A stretch of DNA of 64,000 nt, taken from the IMG/VR virus record IMGVR_UViG_2896164284_000005, positions 1 to 64,000 of that record. One strand, written 5' to 3'. Origin of the DNA: a virus. Taxonomy: Duplodnaviria > Caudoviricetes. Both the position numbers and the translations under genes were made by a program. Position 1 is the stretch's first letter. Each line of letters starts with the position of its first letter. Below, one piece after another: positions 27,822-37,330 of the stretch. Under the pieces are notes generated by a model. The model was not told the origin of the DNA and did no database searches. It saw nothing but the letters and a program-made list of their open reading frames with translations.

Positions 27822-28385
27822 ATGTATTTTCGTGAAGGTTATACACACTTCCCCTACCGTTCAGGCGAAGGCTCTGAAGATTGCCAAAACCCCACTCCCA
27901 ATATTGGCGGTATTGATTTACAAAATCATCCTGAGCAAATAGATTTAATTCCCGAAATAGCTTTATTACCAGAATTAAAACAAACGTTAGTTGAACTGAA
28001 TAAGCCGACTAGCCCATTAATCACCCTAGCTTGCTCTCATTGGATAAATAAATATGACAACAGTCATTTTTCATATCTCGAATTTTCTTTCAAAGATCGT
28101 AGTGTTACTAATACTCTACAAAAAATCCAATCCTTTGAAAATAAACTCCATCTTTTCTTAGTAGAAAAGCTAACAGAACAATTTACTGAAGAGCAGAGAG
28201 GCTATTACGTAGCTTATTTAAAAGATCAGGTTCAAGTTTACTACCGCCATTTCTACTATTTAGACGATGAAGAGCCACACACCCTGCTAGGGTTAACGTT
28301 CCTGTTTGAGGATCAAGAAACGGTTGATCTTCACCATAAAGCTCTACGCATTTTCTTAATGCAGTATTCAACTCAAACATCATAA
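27822..28385 (+). CDS. Hypothetical moron between Q and lysis genes
   Basis: 187 aa, GAGG RBS, opposite strand, flanked by hairpins. Confidence 0.75.
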   Translation: MYFREGYTHFPYRSGEGSEDCQNPTPNIGGIDLQNHPEQIDLIPEIALLPELKQTLVELNKPTSPLITLACSHWINKYDNSHFSYLEFSFKDRSVTNTLQKIQSFENKLHLFLVEKLTEQFTEEQRGYYVAYLKDQVQVYYRHFYYLDDEEPHTLLGLTFLFEDQETVDLHHKALRIFLMQYSTQTS

Positions 28386-28501
28386 CCACCAATAAAAAGC
28401 CCCGACGGCATAAACTATCAGGGCTGTTAAAATTAATCTGTGAACATCAGTTACACGACGACCACCATATAACGAAATAATAGTGCAAGTATGCAAGGTT
28501 G

Positions 28502-29011
28502 TCAATATTTAATTTTGATACTTCTTGAATTTTTTCTGCCAGTTCGCAACAAAACGAAACCAACTACAAGAAATTCGTGAATTATCGCTTTTGCCACATT
28601 AAGTTCTTTTTTCACCTTTCGCTTATAAGTATCTAAGCTAGGAACACGAATATTTGATTTACCAGCGCATGGTTGCATTTTCATTTCACCACAATTATCA
28701 CGTAATTTAACTGCAATAAAATTTACCGTTCGCTTATTTACATAGTATGAAAATATAATGAAGTGTAACAAGCTATCGTTATTTTTAAAGAATTTCTCAA
28801 TTCTTTCACTAATCATCATTCCAGTATCATCATCGCACATAGGTTCACTCGGCTCGGCTGGAATAGCAGATTGCATCAATTTAGCAATAATATTAAATTG
28901 TGATTTATCAATACGCCCACTTCGCACCCAAGCCCCCCATTGATACATATGTTCATCAACAAATCTTTCTTGTTCTTCCGTGAGTTGTTTTAATTCGCTG
29001 AATTTACTCAC
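28502..29011 (-). CDS. Late antiterminator Q
   Basis: WGAWV, CDDDTGM.I motifs; upstream of lysis genes. Confidence 0.85.
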   Translation of the reverse strand: MSKFSELKQLTEEQERFVDEHMYQWGAWVRSGRIDKSQFNIIAKLMQSAIPAEPSEPMCDDDTGMMISERIEKFFKNNDSLLHFIIFSYYVNKRTVNFIAVKLRDNCGEMKMQPCAGKSNIRVPSLDTYKRKVKKELNVAKAIIHEFLVVGFVLLRTGRKNSRSIKIKY

Positions 29012-29588
29012 TTTCTAACTCCTTGCACTTCGCTTTATACAACTGAATCTGCGCCTTAATCTCATCCACTGACATCTTCAATGGCGGATGATTGTTTCGC
29101 TCCAAGAACGCCACGCGTTCAACGCCTATCTTCTTAATCAGATTTATCCGATAATCAATAGCGTTACCGCTTTTATGGTTATTACAAACAGAACACTGCT
29201 TATGGATATTATCTTCATTAAAGCGTAGTTCAGGACAAGCACCACGGCTACGATAATGCCCGGCATGCCATTGCCCCTGATGAAACCGACCACAAGAAAT
29301 ACAAGGCTCATCTTTATCACGCAAGCGAATGAATTTATTCACCCACGTCTGAAGTTCATTCAACCAATCAGAACGGCTTTTTAAGCTCTCTTTCGCTTTC
29401 TTGATTTTCTCACGCGCTAATTTATCACGCGCTTTCTCCGCTTTGGCTTTTGCCTTAGAAGTACGCTGTTTAGCTAGCTCAACCCCACATTCAGGACTAC
29501 ACCACTGACGAAAGCTATCGGATGTTTCAAACCTATTTCCGCAAATCCTGCATTTTTTTAACCGCACTTTGATTTTGTTATTGGCCAT
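29004..29588 (-). CDS. ninG: NinG/Rap endonuclease
   Basis: FIRLRD..PCISCG, HAGHYRS, NIHKQCSVCN. Confidence 0.92.
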   Translation of the reverse strand: MANNKIKVRLKKCRICGNRFETSDSFRQWCSPECGVELAKQRTSKAKAKAEKARDKLAREKIKKAKESLKSRSDWLNELQTWVNKFIRLRDKDEPCISCGRFHQGQWHAGHYRSRGACPELRFNEDNIHKQCSVCNNHKSGNAIDYRINLIKKIGVERVAFLERNNHPPLKMSVDEIKAQIQLYKAKCKELESE

Positions 29589-29781
29589 TTATAGCCCCCA
29601 TTATGGCAATACCTAATCCAACTAATCCCCACAAGATAGAGAAAGCAAAACATAGTAAGAGATAAATTAAAAACACTCTCGTAATCAAGAATGAATCATG
29701 GAAAACAACTGCAAAAATAAAAAAGACTATTAATAAAAAGTAATCTATACCAAAGGCTAAAAAGTAATTAATCCAGTTCAT
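29578..29781 (-). CDS. Small membrane protein
   Basis: Hydrophobic 67 aa, low GC. Confidence 0.6.
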   Translation of the reverse strand: MNWINYFLAFGIDYFLLIVFFIFAVVFHDSFLITRVFLIYLLLCFAFSILWGLVGLGIAIMGAINGQ

Positions 29782-29792
29782 TATGATTATCC

Positions 29793-30245
29793 TTAGAAAA
29801 ATTCGTATAAACGATTGATAATATTTTCATCTTTCGTATTATTGAAAACATGCTTGATTGCCGCATTAATCAACGCCTTATAAACTTTCTCAAAACGATC
29901 TTGTTCCATATTGGCATAACTCAAACTTTCTGCCTCAACACGAAAACGACCGTCTAGCGTGTATGTCACCACTCTAAATCCAGCTAATACTGTGAGATTT
30001 TTTCTGAACGTATCGAATTGCGCATCAGGATCTTGAAATTCCCATTCCGTATGCGCACCACTCCAGCAGTCATAGCAGAAACCAAAGAAAGCAAACACTT
30101 TACGGTGAAAGGCTGGATTGCGTTGACGTTTAATCTCAATCTCATATTGTTCATTGTTTTTAAGAAACTTGAGATTTTCTGCCATTTCATCGGTAGCTGG
30201 AGTTAATACCCCACCAGATAACTTAATCATCTGATACTTTGCCAT
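29793..30245 (-). CDS. DUF1367-like nin-region protein
   Basis: RNPAFHRKVFA, FDTFRK.LT..AG, SLSYANM. Confidence 0.8.
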   Translation of the reverse strand: MAKYQMIKLSGGVLTPATDEMAENLKFLKNNEQYEIEIKRQRNPAFHRKVFAFFGFCYDCWSGAHTEWEFQDPDAQFDTFRKNLTVLAGFRVVTYTLDGRFRVEAESLSYANMEQDRFEKVYKALINAAIKHVFNNTKDENIINRLYEFF

Positions 30246-30831
30246 TCTCCACCTGCTCTCTCGTAAAATACCCACCCACTTTCTTAATAAAATCCAAACT
30301 TACCGTCCGTTGTACAAAATCCCCCATGGTCGGATCGAACACAACAACCATCTGCCCTTTGCTGTTGCCTTTGATTTCTTTGCCAGTGACAGGATGAATA
30401 AAAGCAATGCGCCCACCGATAATATCGATCACTTCATTTGCTACGTTATGAATATGCTGTTGATACCACTGCGTAGATTTGTCATTATTCAGTAACATCA
30501 CTACCGTATGACCTTTGTCACGCAAGCGTTTTGCTTGTTTGATAAATGGGCTAACATCGCTATAAGGTGGGTTCACAAAAATCCGTACATTACGACAAAT
30601 TGATAACGATAAATCATTCAGCTTTTCTATGGTCTCTTGCGAAGTGAAATCCACACATAAATTTTCTGAATTATCCGAATCTTCGTCACAACCCTTTCCT
30701 ATCCAATAAAAACACAGATTATTTCTGTTATTTGCGCAACCATCGACATCAAACAAAAATCTGGAATCAAGCCAGTTAAACACGTATTGTGGCGTTTGCC
30801 ATGTATCTTTATCAAATTGTTTATCGGTCAT
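30223..30831 (-). CDS. dam: Phage N6-adenine DNA methyltransferase
   Basis: DTWQTP, FVNPPYS, GRIAF, GNSKG. Confidence 0.9.
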   Translation of the reverse strand: MTDKQFDKDTWQTPQYVFNWLDSRFLFDVDGCANNRNNLCFYWIGKGCDEDSDNSENLCVDFTSQETIEKLNDLSLSICRNVRIFVNPPYSDVSPFIKQAKRLRDKGHTVVMLLNNDKSTQWYQQHIHNVANEVIDIIGGRIAFIHPVTGKEIKGNSKGQMVVVFDPTMGDFVQRTVSLDFIKKVGGYFTREQVENGKVSDD

Positions 30832-31466
30832 AAATTTACTCTCCGCGCGCCTAACATACTGCGCATTTTGGCTAAATAACTTAAATCTGTTTCCAAGGTT
30901 GTTTTGACTTGAACCGTCTTTGGTAACTGAGAACGTCTTGGCGGTATCGGCTCACCACGTGATAGCTTGCCAGCCCATTCATTCAAAATATCTCGTACGC
31001 CTTGCCGTGTTTCTTTAGGCATCCAATTCGCTTTAGAGCCACGCTCAAAAAGTTTTGTTAACAAGTGAAATTCAAGATCGTTTTCAAACTGAAAATGATT
31101 TGCCCAAGCCAAACCACCAGCACGATTAAATTTCTCAAGACGTTCAAGCAAATAATCTTCCGTTGGCAACCCCAAATGCGCGTAATCGTTACCGTTCTTA
31201 CACCAGCTGATAAACTCGCCAATACTTGGTAAATACCCATTTGGCTTTGCTCTCGCTGCTGCCATACCACGTTTCACTTGCTCAAAAGTTTTAATTCCAT
31301 TCTCGGCAAAGCCTAAAATCCATTGTTGTTTTAGAATTTCTAGATGTTCTCCGCTAATTGTCAGCAAAATAGGACAGCTTGCGGTTAAGTTATCAAAAAT
31401 TCGATCAATCATTTTTCTGGCTTGATCAGGCACTTGATTTATTTGCGCTTGTGGTAACGTATTCAT
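30828..31466 (-). CDS. Replication protein P-like helicase loader
   Basis: QWILGFAENGI, LPSIGEFISWC. Confidence 0.85.
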   Translation of the reverse strand: MNTLPQAQINQVPDQARKMIDRIFDNLTASCPILLTISGEHLEILKQQWILGFAENGIKTFEQVKRGMAAARAKPNGYLPSIGEFISWCKNGNDYAHLGLPTEDYLLERLEKFNRAGGLAWANHFQFENDLEFHLLTKLFERGSKANWMPKETRQGVRDILNEWAGKLSRGEPIPPRRSQLPKTVQVKTTLETDLSYLAKMRSMLGARRVNL

Positions 31467-32281
31467 TAAAACACTCCTGCCATTTTTTCAGGGCTTGACC
31501 AGTCTCGCGCATTTTTTTCTGCAAATGTTTCTTTGCGTTGATGCAATGCGCTAGATTGCCGTTTAATTTCCAGTTGATCCCATTTTTCGCGTAATTTTGC
31601 AGGACTGAGAATGTTCGTACGCCAAAACGTATCTTGATTAGCCCATTGGAATAATTCACAAATATCCTTGTGTGTTCGGCAATCTCGCTCTCGCAGAAGT
31701 CTGATTTGATTTGCCCAGTTTTCAAAATTAGGGGTTTTGATGTTCGGACTTAATTTTTTAACCTGCTCACCTATCCACACTGCCGCTTTCATGTCATCGT
31801 CAGAAAAAACAAACTTCGTTTTCTTACCACCGTCTGAAATTTTTTCAGACGAAGAAAAATCTGTAAGATTTTTATTTTGTATATTGTTTTTAATAGTGTT
31901 TTTTGTGTGTGAAGTTTTTTCACTAGTCACTGGTGAACTTTTTTCACTAGTTGTTGGAAAATTTTTCACTAGTGAAGTTTTTTCACTAGTCACTGGTTTA
32001 TAGGTTTTAATTGAGTAAATATTCGTATTTCTTTCGCCAGTTCTACGTTCTAAAATTCCACGTTCAACAAGACTTTCACAAGCATCAATAACGGAACGAT
32101 TACTTAACCCTGTCACTTTCATAAATTGAGAAACAGAAATATAGTCTTCTTCCTTGTTCCAACCTTTTGTCTTGCGCAAAACAACTAAGTAACATTTCAA
32201 CTCTGAATGGGATAATTCAGACAATAATTCATCAATGATTGAATTCGGGAAAATAAAGCCATTAACTTCTTGATTGATCAT
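31466..32281 (-). CDS. Replication initiator (O-like)
   Basis: RKTKGWNK; WANQDTFW..NILSPAKLREKW; internal iterons. Confidence 0.88.
   Translation of the reverse strand: MINQEVNGFIFPNSIIDELLSELSHSELKCYLVVLRKTKGWNKEEDYISVSQFMKVTGLSNRSVIDACESLVERGILERRTGERNTNIYSIKTYKPVTSEKTSLVKNFPTTSEKSSPVTSEKTSHTKNTIKNNIQNKNLTDFSSSEKISDGGKKTKFVFSDDDMKAAVWIGEQVKKLSPNIKTPNFENWANQIRLLRERDCRTHKDICELFQWANQDTFWRTNILSPAKLREKWDQLEIKRQSSALHQRKETFAEKNARDWSSPEKMAGVF
31910..31996. repeat. Replication-origin iterons (4 x TTTTTCACTAGT) next to an AT-rich tract
   Basis: Four direct repeats inside the O gene. Confidence 0.85.
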
Positions 32282-32607
32282 TGCATTAACTCCGAAGCAT
32301 AACGTGACGCGATAAATTCGATTCCTTTACTTGTCACGCGGGTTTGTGTGAAATTGTGACCGTGTTCTGCTGTGCCTGTTTTAACGGTAAACAAACCACG
32401 TTCTTGTGATTTTTGATAAGGCAATAAATTACCCGATTGACGATACAAAAACTTATCTAACACTATCTCTCTATTTATGGATTTTGATAAAATATCGCTT
32501 CGCAATAAGTCTGTTAAATCCATTTCACATAATTCAGCAATCTCACGACTACTCATCGTCAAAGTGCTTGCATTTTTTTCTGATATGTTTAATAATTTAT
32601 TCATCAA
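32278..32607 (-). CDS. Shortened Rha/KilAC antirepressor-like protein (possibly internally deleted)
   Basis: N-terminal MSSREIAELC and C-terminal PYQ..GLF.VK..QTRVTSKG in only 109 aa. Confidence 0.6.
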   Translation of the reverse strand: MMNKLLNISEKNASTLTMSSREIAELCEMDLTDLLRSDILSKSINREIVLDKFLYRQSGNLLPYQKSQERGLFTVKTGTAEHGHNFTQTRVTSKGIEFIASRYASELMQ

Positions 32608-32808
32608 TACAAAAACTCCATTTTGTGTTGGCCTATCGTTTTACACCACCGTTCGCGGTGGTTTTTTATTTGCCTAAATATTCGTCATTGCCCTTAAATA
32701 AGTAATAACCAAGCTAAGGACATAATTATTACAATATGTAAATAAATCATTTTTTCGCTGTGATATACTTTCGCAAAGTAAGTACACAGCTTTTTTATAG
32801 GTTTCATC

Positions 32809-33180
32809 ATGTTTCTTTTTCTCCGAGATTTATTTGCTTACGCAGTCATTCTTTCAGCTCTTCTCCTAACTATTAAAATTCAAGCATTTAGCGAAACAAT
32901 GCAGCACATTATTGTTATATTCACACCATTCGCTTTCATCGTTTTGCATGAATTAATCGCTCGCAAGTTCAAAAAAGAATTTGATAATCGCGCGTATCTT
33001 TCAGCTATTGTTGGTGTTGCTTTATTTGCTGCACTTGGTTCTTTTAGTAAAGATGAACTCATAGAATTGGGCTTCAAAATTCATGATGCGCAGAGCTTTT
33101 TCATCTTTAAACTTTACTTTCATATTTGGGCTATTCTGTTATTGCCGATCGCATTAAGAAAATTCTTCAAAAAAGACTAA
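32809..33180 (+). CDS. Four-TM membrane protein (moron)
   Basis: Hydrophobic; opposite to the pR operon. Confidence 0.7.
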   Translation: MFLFLRDLFAYAVILSALLLTIKIQAFSETMQHIIVIFTPFAFIVLHELIARKFKKEFDNRAYLSAIVGVALFAALGSFSKDELIELGFKIHDAQSFFIFKLYFHIWAILLLPIALRKFFKKD

Positions 33181-33218
33181 GTGGTTAGCCACCGCAGCAA
33201 CGGTAGCTTTTTATTTGC

Positions 33219-33500
33219 CTAAATATTCTTCGTTTTTGCCAACCCAACTTCGGCATGGACAAATAACGCTTGAAGCACATCTCTTGGAACAGGTTTATCA
33301 GAATCTTTAACATGAACCGCTAAACCAATCTCGTCCAAATATGCGGCAACCACTTCCAAATAATTTGTTTTAAACCGAGATAAATTACTTGGATCTATCC
33401 CTATATTTCGGGCAATTTCACAATCTGCTTTTTCTGCCCCTTTCTTATAAATTAAATCTGCAATCATTCTTGCGGATTTGCTTAATTCATTGCGTGCCAT
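33219..33500 (-). CDS. CII-like regulator
   Basis: MARNEL start, HTH IARNIGIDPSNLSRFK; follows cro. Confidence 0.75.
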   Translation of the reverse strand: MARNELSKSARMIADLIYKKGAEKADCEIARNIGIDPSNLSRFKTNYLEVVAAYLDEIGLAVHVKDSDKPVPRDVLQALFVHAEVGLAKTKNI

Positions 33501-33520
33501 TGCATACCTCTTGGGGTAAT

Positions 33521-33727
33521 TTAGTCTTGATATTCGGGGAATAACTCTTTTTTGCTCAAACCGGTAACTTTCGCCCACTCATCAGCAGTAACTTTACGAG
33601 TAGAAATATTTCCACCTCGTACTTGCATTCGATGAATAAATTGAGGAGAAACGCCGAGAGCTGCGGCTAATTTGGACTTTCCTCCTAAGGCATCAATAGC
33701 TTTTTCTAATGGTGTCATTATTATCAA
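33521..33727 (-). CDS. cro: Cro-like repressor
   Basis: AIDALGGKSKLAAALGVSPQ; divergent from cI. Confidence 0.85.
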   Translation of the reverse strand: MIIMTPLEKAIDALGGKSKLAAALGVSPQFIHRMQVRGGNISTRKVTADEWAKVTGLSKKELFPEYQD

Positions 33728-33815
33728 CCTTTGATTTAAAAAATTAAATTAATTATAAACAATATAAGAATTAAATTCAACTTATTGTTGATTGATAAAT
33801 TAAACGTAACGTTTA
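33724..33815. promoter_or_regulatory. oR operators, T(A/C)AAC-N5-GTT(T/G)A
   Basis: Sites at 33724-33738 (one mismatch), 33777-33791, 33801-33815. Confidence 0.75.
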
Positions 33816-33843
33816 TATTAAGCAGATTATATTGAGGTGGTTT

Positions 33844-34533
33844 ATGAATGAAGATACAAAAACAATAGTCATATCAAGACTTGAGCAAATTTTAAAAGAA
33901 CAAGATGTAAATAAAAGCAAGTTGGCAAAATTAACTGGCGTTACACCACAAGCGGTTAATAATTGGTTTAACAGAGGAAACATAAGCAAGGAAAGCGCTA
34001 GCATAATTGCCAATGAATACGGTTACCATCCATCTTGGATTATTGGTATTAGTGACGATCCTAAGCCTTCATATCAATTAGAAGCGGATGAGTATCATAA
34101 GCACCGCATTGATTATTTAGACGTACGCGCAGCTGCCGGCATGGTGGAGTTTAGTAATAATGACTATCCCGAAATTATCAGCTCCTTATGGTTATCTGAT
34201 AATGGAATGCTAGAGTTAATTGGTAAAAAACATTCTGACGGAATTTACTTAATCAATGTGCCAACTGATAGTATGGAACCCACGATTAAAAAAGGTGATA
34301 TTGTGTTTATCGACACAAAGATAAACCATTACACTGGTGATGGAGTTTATGCCTTTGTGGTAAACGGAAGCCTTTATATCAAACGTCTGCAAAAATTAAT
34401 CAGTGGCGACTATAAAATGATCTCGGATAATAAAATTTATGAGCCTGAAATTATGAATAGCGATGTTTATGCTACCGCACAATTTGTCGGCAAATTCATC
34501 CGCAGATGGCATATTGATGTGTTTGATTTGTAA
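33844..34533 (+). CDS. cI: CI repressor (HTH + S24 peptidase)
   Basis: LAKLTGVTPQAVNNW; DSMEP; IKRL; ISDN. Confidence 0.93.
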   Translation: MNEDTKTIVISRLEQILKEQDVNKSKLAKLTGVTPQAVNNWFNRGNISKESASIIANEYGYHPSWIIGISDDPKPSYQLEADEYHKHRIDYLDVRAAAGMVEFSNNDYPEIISSLWLSDNGMLELIGKKHSDGIYLINVPTDSMEPTIKKGDIVFIDTKINHYTGDGVYAFVVNGSLYIKRLQKLISGDYKMISDNKIYEPEIMNSDVYATAQFVGKFIRRWHIDVFDL

Positions 34534-34674
34534 CCCTACTTATCGAAGAAAGAGATAAGTTAACAATTTAATTTTATTGGGTAGCGGTTGAACATAGGGG
34601 TTATTTGTAGGCTAAGTTGGATTTATTTGGTAAAACATCGCATTTATCATAGAAAGAGATAAAAGGAAACGGAA

Positions 34675-35049
34675 ATGACAGAATTTAAAGATGTAAAGCA
34701 AGCGATTGTAGAAGCACAACTTGCTGCAACGCCAAGAGATAAACTTGTTAATGATATAATGAAAGGAAGTGCCGATCTGCTTTCGGCAAACGATATTATT
34801 ACTCGATTGGGTATTAGTGCTGATGAGTTTATGAAATTAGTCAATTTACCAAACCACTCTCTACGAACGAATGGCGGACTAGGGGCTGCGGTATATGCTT
34901 CCAGAAGAATGTTTGATGCTCATATTGAGTTAATCAATCAAGAGCTAGAAAAGAATATATCGTTCCCTAAACCTGATGTATATATTTTAGGAAAGGCTCG
35001 TTGGAAAAAAGAAACCTTTAAGAAATGGTTAGAAGAACAGTGCAAATAA
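34675..35049 (+). CDS. Hypothetical protein, possibly AlpA/excisionase-like DNA-binding
   Basis: FPKPD..GKARW..W; cI-operon accessory slot. Confidence 0.6.
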   Translation: MTEFKDVKQAIVEAQLAATPRDKLVNDIMKGSADLLSANDIITRLGISADEFMKLVNLPNHSLRTNGGLGAAVYASRRMFDAHIELINQELEKNISFPKPDVYILGKARWKKETFKKWLEEQCK

Positions 35050-35201
35050 AGAAAAAGGCAGGTTAAAAACCTACCTCCCCCGAACCGCAAACAAGCGATT
35101 CTCACACTTTACAAAGCACCCCAGCTCCTACGTCTGGGACTTCGGGTCCGTTGCCAGTGCAAGTATTATTACACTAAATAAAATTTGAGTAAAGACTAAA
35201 T

Positions 35202-35942
35202 ATGCTTTCAAAACAAATTATCAGCATTTCACAAAGTCGGTTAAACGCATATCTACTTTGTTTTTACCAAGGAGATACAGCAAAACAGAAAGAAGCAATT
35301 GCGATTTATACCGCCCTACAACATCGTACTGGGATTTATTTTTCACTGATCCAAGAAATTGAAGTTGCACTGCGTAATGAAGTGAGTGAATTGCTACGCA
35401 GTGTTGCACCAAATAATGATTTATATCAATTTTTCCATTATTTAGCACAAGATAGTAATGCACCATTAAGCAAAGAGTCTCAACGCCAGTTACAAAAAGC
35501 GATTAGTGAATGTAGTAAACGGAAATATGATGAAAACGATATCATTTCACATATTACTTTCGGATTTTGGGTCAATTTATTTGACTATGATCCTAAAAGA
35601 AATCAGCATGTTATCTATTGGCAAAAAGTGCTAAAACCTATTTTTAATCGTCGTTTCAGTAGCTTTAAGGATTTATATAATACCCTAAAACAGATAATGC
35701 GTTTTCGTAATCGCCTTTATCATCAAGAAATTGTATGGAATAAAAGAATTGCTAAAAAGCCTGAACATGCATTGGAAAATTTAGAAAAAACGTATAAACA
35801 ATTTGAAGCAACATTAGAAAAAATAGCACCAGAACGCTTTGTATTTCGACAACTTTCTGAAGCTTTAAAATGGCAACGAAATATTTTCTTTGATGAACAG
35901 ATTTTTGTAGCCGAAATATCCGTACTTCCCCAACACATTTAA
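35202..35942 (+). CDS. Abi-family (AbiD/AbiF-like) HEPN protein
   Basis: S.SRL..Y, EVALRN, TFGFW, RNRLYH (RxxxxH). Confidence 0.82.
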   Translation: MLSKQIISISQSRLNAYLLCFYQGDTAKQKEAIAIYTALQHRTGIYFSLIQEIEVALRNEVSELLRSVAPNNDLYQFFHYLAQDSNAPLSKESQRQLQKAISECSKRKYDENDIISHITFGFWVNLFDYDPKRNQHVIYWQKVLKPIFNRRFSSFKDLYNTLKQIMRFRNRLYHQEIVWNKRIAKKPEHALENLEKTYKQFEATLEKIAPERFVFRQLSEALKWQRNIFFDEQIFVAEISVLPQHI

Positions 35943-36131
35943 CTTAAACCGCCCACCGTGACGGTTTTCTTTTATCTCTCAGCCATCGATATCGGTAACA
36001 TTCCTTTCTAAAAATTCCAAAAATCTCACCGCACTTTTCCCTATTCCCCCTAAAAACATCTTCCAAACATCGCTTAATTGTTCAAAAAATAAGCAATCAA
36101 ATAAAAATTTTAAATTTTATTTCCTTTTAAA

Positions 36132-36215
36132 TCAATTATTTGTTTAACAAAAATAAACGCAATATAAATTTAAATTAAACTTAATGTTGACATAGATATA
36201 AACATTTGGTTTAAT
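36132..36215 (+). promoter_or_regulatory. oL operators and pL promoter
   Basis: Same 15-bp operator at 36132 (one mismatch), 36176 and 36199; TTGACA(36187)-17-TTTAAT. Confidence 0.75.
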
Positions 36216-36247
36216 TAACTCATCAAAACGAGATACACACATCTCAA

Positions 36248-36257
36248 CGCTCTTTAA
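36248..36257 (+). promoter_or_regulatory. boxA-like antitermination site CGCTCTTTAA
   Basis: Consensus boxA just downstream of pL. Confidence 0.7.
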
Positions 36258-36323
36258 AAATTTGAAACAGGTTAGTGATGGGGAACCATCAATTCAATCA
36301 ACACATAATTAAAGGAAGAAAAA

Positions 36324-36503
36324 ATGGCGCATGAGCAACCTTATGGTACGCAGCAACCAAAAAAAGACCTGTCTGACAGCGATAAAAATCTGATCAAACA
36401 GGCCATTTTAGAAAGTGTGGCGAGAAATACTGATTATTCGCCAGATGAATTAGCAAAACTTACTTGTAAAGCTATCTATCTGATTGATTCTTATGAGAAT
36501 TAA
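36324..36503 (+). CDS. 59-aa hypothetical protein (paralog of 37135-37326)
   Basis: AAGGAAG RBS; LSDSDKNLIKQAIL vs LTCEDKEQIKYAVL. Confidence 0.65.
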   Translation: MAHEQPYGTQQPKKDLSDSDKNLIKQAILESVARNTDYSPDELAKLTCKAIYLIDSYEN

Positions 36504-36693
36504 AAATCATTGGTAATGATACACCATCGTCTATTGACTCAAATCTACTTGAAAGAGTCTCGATAAAGTCAGCAAGAGAATTTGCGTTTTCCTTATCTAA
36601 GCAAAGAAAAGACGATGCTGTCGAAGCATTTGAAGCTTTTAAAATATCTCTTGCGAAAAGCAAAGCAAGTGAGTCAGCAGATGACTTGTTCAT
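36472..36693 (-). CDS. Hypothetical protein antisense to pL
   Basis: GAGGAG RBS; own TTGTAT-17-TATAAT promoter. Confidence 0.7.
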   Translation of the reverse strand: MNKSSADSLALLFARDILKASNASTASSFLCLDKENANSLADFIETLSSRFESIDDGVSLPMIFNSHKNQSDR

Positions 36694-37134
36694 AATATTT
36701 TCTCCTCTTGATTAAAATGTAGTCGCAGAAAACATTATATTCCTCGATGTAGTCGCATACAAGAGGGCTTGAGCCTTACAAGTATAAAGAAAGGCACTTA
36801 TCACTAACCTGTTTCGAGTTTTAGACAATTTGGTAAAAAAACACTCTAGCGTACTGCCGTTCGGGAGAACCGCCAGCGTTAAGTAGACAGCCTTAACCCG
36901 ATTAGAGTGATGAAATGTCGTAATCAGCGATAGTGAGGCAGTGAACCCACACGGTAACGGCATTTTAACAGGAACCACATTTTTTGGTCTGTTTTTTAAT
37001 TGGTGAAAATGAAAAAGCAACAGACAGCAAACGTCAGCTAAAGGCGTGACAGCTTGGAGAGACTGCTTACATTTCAAAGCACATTTGTGAGTGTGTTTTA
37101 AAATGGCAAACAATAAATATAAACGAGGTCAAAA

Positions 37135-37326
37135 ATGGAAGAAAACCAAGAACACAGCCTAACTTGTGAAGATAAAGAACAAATTAAATATGCTGTATTG
37201 AAAGCAGTTGAAAATGGCTGTACTGAACCTGAAATTTTACTGACTAAAATATTAAGTACATTTGAGCGAATAGATCGCTATGGAAATGTGGTGAAAGGTG
37301 AATCGCTCAAATCTTCGGATCAGTGA
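37135..37326 (+). CDS. Hypothetical protein
   Basis: GAGG RBS. Confidence 0.65.
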   Translation: MEENQEHSLTCEDKEQIKYAVLKAVENGCTEPEILLTKILSTFERIDRYGNVVKGESLKSSDQ

Positions 37327-37330
37327 GTGA

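Noticed and set aside
31910-31996. Repeats as a possible mini-CRISPR
   Set aside because: Short repeats with 9-12 nt gaps inside the O gene fit origin iterons; no cas operon.
36712-37113. 133-aa minus-strand ORF
   Set aside because: Overlaps promoter and stem elements, has a poor start and is not protein-like; treated as non-coding.
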